DNA from: a virus
Lineage: Duplodnaviria > Caudoviricetes
DNA: 30,968 nucleotides
Direction: 5' to 3' (one strand)
IMG/VR virus record: IMGVR_UViG_3300047553_000184
Span: 1 to 30,968 of that record
This document shows positions 1 through 7,805 of the stretch, piece by piece. A model generated the notes under the pieces. The model did no database searches, was not told where the DNA came from, and saw nothing but the letters and a program-made list of their open reading frames with translations. Position 1 is the first letter of the stretch, and each line of letters opens with the position of its first letter. Made by a program: the position numbers and the translations under genes.

Positions 1-127
1 GCAATATAAGAGTCTAGAAGCGTTGTATTGAGCGCGGTTAAAGTACCTGCAAACGCTTGAGTTTGTAGTTCGTTGTAGATACCACTTCCAATGATGTCAC
101 GAATGTATATCTCTTGACTCTCTTTGA
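1..127. repeat. Terminal direct repeat copy 1 (circular assembly overlap)
   Basis: Identical to 30842-30968. A CDS reads through the join. Confidence 0.97.
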
Positions 128-221
128 TAGCATTCTTAAGGAGTTTGTCATCGACATTCTCGTTGATAGGCGTATTGTCTTTCAAATACGTTGTCGAAAC
201 GAAGTATACAAAGTTTGTCAT
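1..221 (-). CDS. 5' part of putative head-tail adaptor/connector (187 aa in total, continues to 30499 across the circular join)
   Basis: ATG at 221 overlaps the portal stop (ATGA). Reads MTNFVYFVSTTYLKDNTPINENVDDKLLKNAIKESQEIYIRDIIGSGIY... in frame into the 30499-30834 ORF. Position between portal and tail terminator suggests an adaptor. Confidence 0.8.
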   Translation of the reverse strand, partial: MTNFVYFVSTTYLKDNTPINENVDDKLLKNAIKESQEIYIRDIIGSGIYNELQTQAFAGTLTALNTTLLDSYI

Positions 222-2104
222 TTCTTTCTTCTTACTACTTTAGAAGCCCAAATATGTCTGCACGATGGGCGATGCACGGCAGGTGATGAATCGGGAATAG
301 TATACCAACCACCACGACGCTTCCATACGTCATAACCTAGAAGCGCACTCATAGCGTTGATGTCTTCACGAGAATACACGCGATTAACGCGTACGACGCT
401 ACGACAAAACTCACGAGATGTGTCGATGATGATATCGCCTTTTGTGTTTGGTGCTTTCTCGTATTTATAGCGTACGAGTAACTCAGTTTGAATGTCTGCG
501 ATTTCTCTCAAGCCATCGTCTGTGATTGTCAAACCACCTTCTGCGGGTTGAATCATTCCCGTCTTATTCAAGTTGTCTATTGCTTGAGACACTTTCAACA
601 AGTCTGCGTCTATGATGTTAACAACTTCGCCTATTGTGATACCCTTGTTTTCTTTGATTGTGTTCAAGATTGCTTTCTCGATGTCACTAGCGAAAGTCAT
701 TTTTACTTCTTCAAAGAGAGAAGCATCTTCACCAAATTGAGAGAAGACTTTCAAATCGCGCTCGTCATCCCAACCGAAAGGGTTTGCTTTTGATAAAGCG
801 ACTGCTTCTGCACCTGCGATGTTGTCGCCATTTGCGATAGGTGGTAAACCTGCAAGTTGACGCTTCTCGTTGATTGTCATATTTGACAAGACGTTGTTCG
901 CTACCAAAGGACTCAAAGAGTTGATTGCGTCGTTCAAGTTTGATTGAATCTTCACGGTAGAAAGTTCTGGCAATCCCAACTCTTTACGCGCTTCTTCGTT
1001 TGATATCAAGTTACGAGTATACAAGTCTAAGTAGTCCAGTCCTAGAGGTGGTTTGTTGATAGTCTCAAGTTTGACGGGAGAGATGAAAGAGAACAAGTAG
1101 GTAAGTTGCTCATCCATTTTACCTTGACGCGGTTCTACATACGATTGTTGAAACATCTCGTATGCTTCAATCATTTCGCTTCGACCACCTAGTTGACCTT
1201 CTACGCGAACGCCGAACAACATCGGAGAGTTGATTTTGTGACCTACAAAAATCTCTTGTTGAACCGTCTTGTTCAAGATATCGAATTGCTTGTCGAAGTC
1301 GCTAGGTTGAATGTTTGATACAATCGACTCTCTTTCGTTCGGGTCGTTATACATCAATATCAAACCACCTGCGTTGTCTGTACCTTGATAAGAGTCTTTG
1401 AATCTACGCTTTGCCTTTCTCGCTTCTTCGGGCGTAGGTACACCCTTAAACATTTGTATCAAGGTTTGCGCTGAGAAGCCATTCTTGATAGAGTTCAAAT
1501 GCCAATTAGAAACTTCTGTGTCAATCTCGATGTACTTCAAAGCACCTACATAGTCGGGCAAAGGGTAAACACCTTGACCGGGTCTATACATCTTGTAGTA
1601 GAACAACTGCTTTGACTCGCGAGTGTTCTCGTTGAAAGGGTTGTAGTGAACAATCTTTTCTCTACGATTTGACCAATCTTCGCTATAATAGTAGCAATCG
1701 TCTAGACCTACTCGTACATTCTTGAAAGGTAGGTGGTAAAGTTCTGCGATTGCAGTCTTCGCACGATTCCAAATTACTTCGATTGCAAAGCCATTGAACA
1801 ACTCTAGGTCGTAAGCGATTTTTTGCTTTACTTCTTCAAACGACTCGTATGTGTTGATTGACTTTAGTTTTGCTTCTGCTTTTGCTACGTCTTGTGTGTT
1901 CTCACCTACGATAGCAGTTCCTACACCTGCAACATATGACGCTTTTGACGATACAATAGCGTTGTGTTTGGGTGATTTAGAGAACAAGTCTACTAGTAAA
2001 TCGGGGTACAAGTTGTCATCTCCAAAGTTGTATATGTCTTTCGACTTATTCTCTTTGAATGTCGGTAGTTTATTCTCGTGAAATTGAAGTCTCTCGAAGT
2101 TCAT
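218..2104 (-). CDS. Portal protein with C-terminal extension
   Basis: 628 aa. Portal-like motifs (NSIKNGFSA, GTDNAG, MLFG, NEEARKELGLP), followed by a ~200-aa extension ending in REFCR...PSCRHIW. Confidence 0.85.
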   Translation of the reverse strand: MNFERLQFHENKLPTFKENKSKDIYNFGDDNLYPDLLVDLFSKSPKHNAIVSSKASYVAGVGTAIVGENTQDVAKAEAKLKSINTYESFEEVKQKIAYDLELFNGFAIEVIWNRAKTAIAELYHLPFKNVRVGLDDCYYYSEDWSNRREKIVHYNPFNENTRESKQLFYYKMYRPGQGVYPLPDYVGALKYIEIDTEVSNWHLNSIKNGFSAQTLIQMFKGVPTPEEARKAKRRFKDSYQGTDNAGGLILMYNDPNERESIVSNIQPSDFDKQFDILNKTVQQEIFVGHKINSPMLFGVRVEGQLGGRSEMIEAYEMFQQSYVEPRQGKMDEQLTYLFSFISPVKLETINKPPLGLDYLDLYTRNLISNEEARKELGLPELSTVKIQSNLNDAINSLSPLVANNVLSNMTINEKRQLAGLPPIANGDNIAGAEAVALSKANPFGWDDERDLKVFSQFGEDASLFEEVKMTFASDIEKAILNTIKENKGITIGEVVNIIDADLLKVSQAIDNLNKTGMIQPAEGGLTITDDGLREIADIQTELLVRYKYEKAPNTKGDIIIDTSREFCRSVVRVNRVYSREDINAMSALLGYDVWKRRGGWYTIPDSSPAVHRPSCRHIWASKVVRRKK

Positions 2105-2111
2105 TACTAGT

Positions 2112-2139
2112 AAATAGCGTTTATTCTTTTTTGTCTTTG
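2112..2139 (-). promoter_or_regulatory. Putative phage late promoter (AAGAC-N14-GCTATTT)
   Basis: GCTATTT lies 7 nt before the portal ATG. The same motif precedes other structural genes. Confidence 0.55.
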
Positions 2140-2285
2140 ATAAATAGCATCATAAATCCACCGCCTAAGAATACAGAAACCTCGCTCAATGTCGTCTTCT
2201 CAAAGAATACTAGTACGAATGAAGCGATAATCACTCCAATTCCTAGAGCAGTAGTCTTCCAATTCTTGAAGATTCTATCTATCAT
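2121..2285 (-). CDS. Putative holin, 54 aa (not in ORF track)
   Basis: MIDRIFKNWKTTALGIGVIIASFVLVFFEKTTLSEVSVFLGGGFMMLFIKDKKE has two hydrophobic segments and a charged tail. ATGA-coupled to the upstream ORF. Confidence 0.65.
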   Translation of the reverse strand: MIDRIFKNWKTTALGIGVIIASFVLVFFEKTTLSEVSVFLGGGFMMLFIKDKKE

Positions 2286-2401
2286 TTGCCTTGACCTTTA
2301 TACGGCTTTGCGCTTTTGTGCTTGTTGACGTGCTTAGTGTGTCGACGAAGTTTGTTCTTTGGCTTCGCTCTAAATACACTAGTATTGCTAGTCTTTGCCA
2401 T
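2282..2401 (-). CDS. Small highly basic peptide, 39 aa (not in ORF track)
   Basis: MAKTSNTSVFRAKPKNKLRRHTKHVNKHKSAKPYKGQGK fills the gap exactly, with overlaps at both ends. Confidence 0.65.
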   Translation of the reverse strand: MAKTSNTSVFRAKPKNKLRRHTKHVNKHKSAKPYKGQGK

Positions 2402-2579
2402 CTAGTTTCTCGATTTTTTTAGCGTAGTAACGAATCGCGAACAATCCCGATACAATACCAACAAGAGCCAGAATAAGAGAAAAAAGAGGTTGCCAAGTGG
2501 TCGCAAAATGTAGCACCGCAGACGAGCAAGAAATACCCGTAGCGATGTTAGCGATAGTATCATTTTCAAAGTGTTTCAT
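2388..2579 (-). CDS. Small membrane protein (holin/antiholin-like)
   Basis: 63 aa with TM segment LFSLILALVGIVSGLFAI and a basic C-terminus. TAATG overlap with the upstream gene. Confidence 0.6.
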   Translation of the reverse strand: MKHFENDTIANIATGISCSSAVLHFATTWQPLFSLILALVGIVSGLFAIRYYAKKIEKLDGKD

Positions 2580-2950
2580 TATTTAACGCTTTCAATTTGT
2601 GGCTCTGGCAATTTGCAGTACTCACTCTCTGGGTACTTCTCGCAAAAAGTTTTCAAATACAAATTGTCATCCCCTGAAAAGGTGTGAACGCCCACCGGAG
2701 GGGGGAAAACCTCAAACGGGGCAAAACTTGCGGGGGGTTCTGAATAAAACAGAATGTCAACCGCCCATTTGTCGGACTGCTTTGTGCAAACGGGTTTGTC
2801 ATCTTCCGTTCCCCACTCTAAACAAATGAAGCCAATTTCAACAACTGCGCAATCCTTCCACGATGTTGTGTCGTCGGTGGTTTGTTGTATGTCTTTTTGG
2901 AGTGTTGCCCATTCGGTAGGGGTGAACTCGTATTTTCTAAAACTTTTCAT
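2579..2950 (-). CDS. Hypothetical protein, possible fibre partner/chaperone
   Basis: 123 aa directly downstream of the fibre gene, with the same atypical base composition. Confidence 0.6.
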   Translation of the reverse strand: MKSFRKYEFTPTEWATLQKDIQQTTDDTTSWKDCAVVEIGFICLEWGTEDDKPVCTKQSDKWAVDILFYSEPPASFAPFEVFPPPVGVHTFSGDDNLYLKTFCEKYPESEYCKLPEPQIESVK

Positions 2951-2954
2951 TGTG

Positions 2955-4664
2955 TTAAATTGTCAGGGATTGTAATTGTGCGTTGGTTAAATTGGTAGTC
3001 CCTAAAATGTATTCACTCACTTTGCCTATACCAATGTTAGAACCCGCGCCGTCATCTGCGCCAAATCTTGTTAGAGTTCCACTCGAAAAGAAAGTTAACC
3101 CCGTGGTTTCTTGTACTTGCGTTCCGTTCACATAACAAACGGCGCGACCTCCGCCCCATCCAATGGCAAATTTAATTTTTTGCGTTAAGGTTATACCGTA
3201 GTCGGTAACGAAAATAGTACTTCCCGCTTTGAAAATTCGCGGGGTAACATAGCCCGTTGTTGCATTAAAAGAAAACATAACCCTATTTTGAGTTGTGCCA
3301 TCGCTTACGCTCATAATTGTAGATTGCGCGCCATAAGAATTGGTCAGCCCTTCAACTTCGCCCGCAATAAAACCTTCAGATTGCCCAATCAACGAACTAA
3401 TGCCCGTCTTTTGACAAGCATCCGCCACCCTTGTGGCACTTGATGATGTTGTTGGTCCTATATAACTTGTGGCGTAACTTGACGCTTCCAATTGTGCGCC
3501 CCATATAAACACTCCATCTGTTCCGTTGCCCGCATATGCCGTTGCGCTACCATCTTGTGAAACTAAAACACGAAATCCAAAAACACCACTTGCGGGAATT
3601 GGAACTACCGCGATACACCTAAACCAACCATTGCCTATATTTTCAATGCTAACGGAGGTCATGTCAACATTTGTTGCAACGCCCGTATTTAGGTTAAAAT
3701 AACATTGTTTTCCCGTTTGCCCATCTTCCCAAAAACGAATAAAATTAATGCCCGATTTTTTCGCAAAAATACTCATTGTGTAATTTTGTGCCGTTACACT
3801 TGAAATGGTTGTGCGAAATTGGTGTACTCCGTTTGTTGTGTCTGCAATAATCAAATCCGCGTTTTGCGTTCCGTCGGGACTTGTAGTATTGTTTGCCGAT
3901 ATTGTTGCGTTTGTTTTACTCCAATACGCATTATCAAACTGCTCACTATATTGCGCCAAATTCGTACTCTGTTTCTCCAACAACAAACTCGGACACCCGC
4001 CCCCGCCATTTTGGTAGGTTAGGCGTGGAACATTTAATCGGTCGGTTGTGGGGAAATAGGGTTTGGCGGTTGAGCCGATGTTGAGTTGTGCGCCCCAAAT
4101 GTAAATGGATTTACCAGTTTGTGACAAATCGGGGAAAATGTCACAGTTTGAACTTGTTACACTTAGGGTCAAAGTTCTTGTTACGGTAAATCTTTGCCAT
4201 TCGGTTGTTACCGTTATGTCTTCAACTGTTGATGGGTATGCGCCCCCATTTTCTTCAATCCTCAATCTCGAACTTACCGTACCCGATGCACATTTTGCGT
4301 AAACACTAAATGTAACAGTTTGACCAATTGTGGTTGAAATTTGTTGTCTAATTACAGAAGGTTGACCGCTTGCATTTGTTAAAGTGTCTGCGGTTGTTGT
4401 TCCGTTTGGTGCGGATGTAGTATTTGCCGTAATTGTGGCACTATTCAATTTAGACCACGCCGCGTTGCTAAATTCCTCTGAATATGTTGCCAAATTCCAA
4501 GGCGTCACCTCAACCAATCCCGCACTATTGATGCGTGTTCCGTTGGATGCACGAGTGAAACTTAAATCGCCGCTTCCGTCGGTTGGAACGGGAGAATATA
4601 CAACATCTTCTTTGTATCCGCTAGGAATCATCACTAGCGATGCTTGACTCAATAGATTGCTCAT
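2955..4664 (-). CDS. Fibre/spike protein (putative receptor-binding) with duplicated beta-sandwich modules
   Basis: 569 aa, Thr/Ser/Gly-rich. Two internal repeats (NLxxYSExFxNAxWSK...IWGAQL) and a lectin/LamG-like C-terminal region. Confidence 0.75.
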   Translation of the reverse strand: MSNLLSQASLVMIPSGYKEDVVYSPVPTDGSGDLSFTRASNGTRINSAGLVEVTPWNLATYSEEFSNAAWSKLNSATITANTTSAPNGTTTADTLTNASGQPSVIRQQISTTIGQTVTFSVYAKCASGTVSSRLRIEENGGAYPSTVEDITVTTEWQRFTVTRTLTLSVTSSNCDIFPDLSQTGKSIYIWGAQLNIGSTAKPYFPTTDRLNVPRLTYQNGGGGCPSLLLEKQSTNLAQYSEQFDNAYWSKTNATISANNTTSPDGTQNADLIIADTTNGVHQFRTTISSVTAQNYTMSIFAKKSGINFIRFWEDGQTGKQCYFNLNTGVATNVDMTSVSIENIGNGWFRCIAVVPIPASGVFGFRVLVSQDGSATAYAGNGTDGVFIWGAQLEASSYATSYIGPTTSSSATRVADACQKTGISSLIGQSEGFIAGEVEGLTNSYGAQSTIMSVSDGTTQNRVMFSFNATTGYVTPRIFKAGSTIFVTDYGITLTQKIKFAIGWGGGRAVCYVNGTQVQETTGLTFFSSGTLTRFGADDGAGSNIGIGKVSEYILGTTNLTNAQLQSLTI

Positions 4665-4807
4665 AAGTTGTTAAGTTTACGCAATAGACAAGAGATACCT
4701 TCGTAGTAGCCACCATCACTTGTGATGCGAGACTTGTACGCTTTTACGATATCCCAACCTTGACCCTTGTATAGACGGCTTCGAGTGCCAATTCCTACGC
4801 CTATCAT
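4661..4807 (-). CDS. Small protein, 48 aa, coupled to the fibre gene (not in ORF track)
   Basis: MIGVGIGTRSRLYKGQGWDIVKAYKSRITSDGGYYEGISCLLRKLNNL. Its stop overlaps the fibre ATG (ATGA). Confidence 0.7.
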   Translation of the reverse strand: MIGVGIGTRSRLYKGQGWDIVKAYKSRITSDGGYYEGISCLLRKLNNL

Positions 4808-4811
4808 ACGA

Positions 4812-5072
4812 TTAGTAACCGATTACAGAGCCAGAAGATATCACAAAACCTGTGATTTTCGATGCGCCACCCGCAGGAAGATACGCACCTTGTTGAAGAG
4901 TAACGCCACTCAAACCACGAGTAGAAAGTACGTTTGTACCATCGACAGAGAATGAAGTGAAAACGGTGTCTTCTTGTACGACTAGTGCGCTATATGCTAC
5001 ACTTGTCACGGTTGATGCGCTATGGTATTTGAAACCATCGCCACCCGCCATAATGCTTGTTGAATTGCTCAT
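4812..5072 (-). CDS. Small beta-rich virion protein, 86 aa
   Basis: Start reassigned to ATG 5072 (MSNSTSIMAGG...), which is ATGA-coupled to the upstream stop. Ends ISSGSVIGY. Confidence 0.65.
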   Translation of the reverse strand: MSNSTSIMAGGDGFKYHSASTVTSVAYSALVVQEDTVFTSFSVDGTNVLSTRGLSGVTLQQGAYLPAGGASKITGFVISSGSVIGY

Positions 5073-5314
5073 ATATTTTTGCTTAGATTGTAGAGTTTGT
5101 TCTTTATACAAATAGCACTTTCTAAATAAGTGACTCTTTTTAGATACGCGTAATAGATTGGTAAATAATCATAGTATCCTTCTTGAGGTACATTGTATTG
5201 TTTTGAGTCAAGAGTAGGTACATATGTTTCGTTGATTAATTGTACATCATTTTCTTTTGATACGAGCGTAGGTACATAAGTCTTTGAGTTCGTCGTGACA
5301 TTATGTTGGTTCAT
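5069..5314 (-). CDS. Hypothetical protein with TYVPTLxSK repeats
   Basis: 81 aa ORF overlapping both neighbours, with an internal duplicated motif. Confidence 0.6.
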   Translation of the reverse strand: MNQHNVTTNSKTYVPTLVSKENDVQLINETYVPTLDSKQYNVPQEGYYDYLPIYYAYLKRVTYLESAICIKNKLYNLSKNI

Positions 5315-5642
5315 AGAACACCTCCAATAGTTGTACCTCGTTAACTTTAAGAATACCGCTTTCGACTAGTTCGTCTGCAAGATTTGGGTTTGTATTTACT
5401 GCGCTAGTTTGAGCGTAGACTTTATACTCGTATTCTCCTGTGTAGAAATCGTAGTCGCTCTCGTCTATTTGAAATTGATTGTATCGTTCTTTGTGAATAC
5501 TTACATCACTAAGAATGAAATTCGTGATAGTATCGGTCAATCTATGATGAACAGAGAATAAATAAGTAGGATTTGATATCGTTGTTTTTTCACTCAACGT
5601 CAAATACCAATACTTCGTTTGATTTTTTTCAATGACTAGCAC
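5301..5642 (-). CDS. Putative virion structural protein, 113 aa
   Basis: Start reassigned to GTG 5642 (MLVIEKNQ...), 6 nt after the GCTATTT motif. The longer track start runs through a terminator. Confidence 0.65.
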   Translation of the reverse strand: MLVIEKNQTKYWYLTLSEKTTISNPTYLFSVHHRLTDTITNFILSDVSIHKERYNQFQIDESDYDFYTGEYEYKVYAQTSAVNTNPNLADELVESGILKVNEVQLLEVFYEPT

Positions 5643-5648
5643 GTAAAT

Positions 5649-5676
5649 AAATAGCGAGTAGTTTGATATGTAACAA
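5649..5676 (-). promoter_or_regulatory. Putative phage late promoter (TTGTTAC-N14-GCTATTT)
   Basis: Immediately downstream of a terminator and 6 nt before a GTG start. Confidence 0.6.
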
Positions 5677-5700
5677 AAAAGGGAGAGCCGAAGCCCTCCC
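5675..5700 (-). terminator. Rho-independent terminator after the major tail gene
   Basis: Minus strand reads GGGAGGGC-TTCG-GCTCTCCC-TTTTTT: 8-bp stem with one G-U pair, UUCG loop, U-tract. Confidence 0.9.
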
Positions 5701-5744
5701 AATTCTGAAAACTAATATGAATCAAGAACAACTACAAATGTACG

Positions 5745-6251
5745 TTAAATTCCTAACGCAGTCACTACGCTAGATTGTAATTTGTAAGGTGCTTCCGCTT
5801 CGATTGCTGACAAAGTCACTTCGTAACCATTTGAATCACCCATAGCAGTACCGCTATTTGCAACCATCGCAGTCACATCGCATCCATACTCGTTACCTAC
5901 TAACCAATACGCATCGTTGTTGTCACGTACGATTGTGTACGTGCGACCTTGTGCGAGAAGTTTCATCTCGTTGCGCTTAGTAGTAGACAAGCGACGCAAT
6001 TTGAATGCTACGTCACATTGATTGAAAGTAGTACCATTCTCAACTGACACGTTTGTAGTGTTAGTCATTGAGCCAGTACCCTTTGGCAATTCATAGTCAT
6101 AAACATCACCACTTACTACGGTGGTTGCAGTAACTTCGCCACTCGCAATAGTGAATTTTGAAGCAGTCCACGAAATCAAGTGGATGCTCTTGATACCTCC
6201 GATTGAATCTTTACAATCTAGAGTGAAACCTTGAGTGAGAAGACAAGCCAT
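5745..6251 (-). CDS. Major tail (tube) protein
   Basis: 168 aa directly after the capsid gene. Motifs CKDSIGGIK, ENGTTF and GTAMGDSNGYEVTL match tail tube proteins I recall from Bacteroidota siphoviruses. Confidence 0.75.
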   Translation of the reverse strand: MACLLTQGFTLDCKDSIGGIKSIHLISWTASKFTIASGEVTATTVVSGDVYDYELPKGTGSMTNTTNVSVENGTTFNQCDVAFKLRRLSTTKRNEMKLLAQGRTYTIVRDNNDAYWLVGNEYGCDVTAMVANSGTAMGDSNGYEVTLSAIEAEAPYKLQSSVVTALGI

Positions 6252-6264
6252 TGTTTATGTTAGA

Positions 6265-7194
6265 TTAGAGGGTGAAATATACAACTTCGCTAGGGTAAGC
6301 AACTTGAACACCATACTTGAAAGTAGTACGGAAACGAACCTCGTCGTTGTCCTCAGAGTACCACAATTTGTATGATTCTTCTTCGTTTGCCAAGTCAGTA
6401 CCTACAAAGAAGTTGCTCAAAGAACCTGCAACGATTTTGCTAGTACCACTCAAACCACCTACGGCGATTAACTTCATATTTGTGCCGGGGTAAACCATTT
6501 CCATCGCTTCACTTGCTTCTACTGCGTAGTGGTACAAGTTAGCGTTCTTCAAGTTTACAAGCATCAATTTGAAAGCATCTACACCGATGAAGCAAACCAA
6601 GTCACTCTTAGTAGCAACACGAGCAGGAATGTTGGCGTAAACTTGGTCTAAGATATCGTCGATGTTTGCGCTAGTGATAGAAGTGAAAGTGGTAGGCGCA
6701 GAGTTTGCCAATGTTGGAGAAGCACCAGAGATAATCTTGTTGAAACCATCAAAGCGGTTCAAGTTAGGGTTACCGCTAGTAGTGTCACCTTGCCACATAG
6801 CAATCTCGATGTTCTCAGCGATTACCGCAGATTTTTCGCTACCGATTTGCTCTTCGAAAGGAATCATAGTAGGAGAACCCGCCATAATTTGAGTTTGCAT
6901 CCACTTTGCTTCCAAAGTCTTAGGACACAAAGTCTCTTCTACTTTAACTGCACCAACGGTGATGTTACGTTGAGTGAAAGTAGTAGCACCGCTAGGATTG
7001 TAACCACAACCATCGGCTTGAAAATAAACGGTAGAAGCCAACAAGTTCAAAGAAGCAGACGACTTAACGCCTACCTGCACTTGACCTGCGCTTTGCAAGG
7101 TTGAAGCGGTTTTAGAACCGAACAACGCTTTTACCAACAAGTCAGTTGACTGCTCATTGGTGTAGTTGTTGAGGGAAGATACAACGAATGACAT
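6265..7194 (-). CDS. Major capsid protein
   Basis: 309 aa following protease and scaffold. Motifs ETLCPKTLE and WQGDT...FDGF. Strong A-rich start context. Confidence 0.85.
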   Translation of the reverse strand: MSFVVSSLNNYTNEQSTDLLVKALFGSKTASTLQSAGQVQVGVKSSASLNLLASTVYFQADGCGYNPSGATTFTQRNITVGAVKVEETLCPKTLEAKWMQTQIMAGSPTMIPFEEQIGSEKSAVIAENIEIAMWQGDTTSGNPNLNRFDGFNKIISGASPTLANSAPTTFTSITSANIDDILDQVYANIPARVATKSDLVCFIGVDAFKLMLVNLKNANLYHYAVEASEAMEMVYPGTNMKLIAVGGLSGTSKIVAGSLSNFFVGTDLANEEESYKLWYSEDNDEVRFRTTFKYGVQVAYPSEVVYFTL

Positions 7195-7219
7195 AGTATT
7201 TTTTTGTTTTTTATTTGGT

Positions 7220-7771
7220 TTATTTCTTTAATGCGTTTGCAAATTTCTTCAAGTTCTCGAACTGAGACTCTACTTTGCTAGGAGTGTGAGGTTTCTTGGT
7301 AGGTTCGTCGCTGGGCAAGTCAATTACTTTCTCAACCAACTCAACTACTTTAGACATTGCCTCTTTGTGAGATGCTCTCTCGCTTACCAAAGATTCGATA
7401 GAAGCAGTCAACTGAGCAATCTTAGACTCAAGAGTTTCTACGACTTCGTTGAAACGAGCAACGGTAGCGAACTCTTCGGCTTCAACTGAGATTTCTACTT
7501 CGGGAGTTTCCATCTCTGGCTTAACGATTTCAGTTACAACGCCATCAAGAGTAGTCACAAGAGTGCCGTCTTCGATTTCGTGTGTTGCGTCGGGTGCAGG
7601 AATATCGCCCTCAGCAGTTTCTACCATTACGATAGTACCTACTGACAACTCACCCTCCCATTTTACGATAGTACCATCCTTTAACATAGCAGTCTCAAAG
7701 GAGATACTTTTTTCTTCTTCAAATCCCAACAAAGTGCGGACTTGTTTTAGAGTTTCTTTTGCGTTCATCAT
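7220..7771 (-). CDS. Capsid scaffolding protein
   Basis: Acidic and coiled-coil, between protease and capsid genes. Start reassigned to ATG 7771/7768 (MMNAKETL). Confidence 0.7.
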   Translation of the reverse strand: MMNAKETLKQVRTLLGFEEEKSISFETAMLKDGTIVKWEGELSVGTIVMVETAEGDIPAPDATHEIEDGTLVTTLDGVVTEIVKPEMETPEVEISVEAEEFATVARFNEVVETLESKIAQLTASIESLVSERASHKEAMSKVVELVEKVIDLPSDEPTKKPHTPSKVESQFENLKKFANALKK

Positions 7772-7775
7772 AGTA

Positions 7776-7803
7776 AAATATATTTTGTTGTTTAGTGTTG
7801 CAA
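7776..7803 (-). promoter_or_regulatory. Putative phage late promoter variant (TTGCAAC-N14-TATATTT)
   Basis: Same spacing as the other copies, 7 nt before ATG 7768. Confidence 0.5.
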
Positions 7804-7805
7804 TT

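Noticed and set aside
2955-4664. Diversity-generating retroelement or invertible fibre system
   Set aside because: No reverse transcriptase or recombinase gene is present, and the internal repeats are too diverged to be template/variable repeats.
5110-5134. Extra GCTATTT copies (5110, 2142, 20421, 24121) as late promoters
   Set aside because: None has a start codon 6-7 nt downstream. The 5110 copy has GTCAC one base off the usual spacing and remains possible but unsupported.
5643-5702. Upstream starts in the track for ORFs at 5702, 5111, 7828, 26978, 30026 and 30099
   Set aside because: They run through terminators, promoters or neighbouring genes. Downstream starts fit coupling and motif spacing better.
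5735-5765. TACATTTG as a host promoter after the major tail gene
   Set aside because: No -33 TTG at the expected spacing, and it points straight into a terminator.
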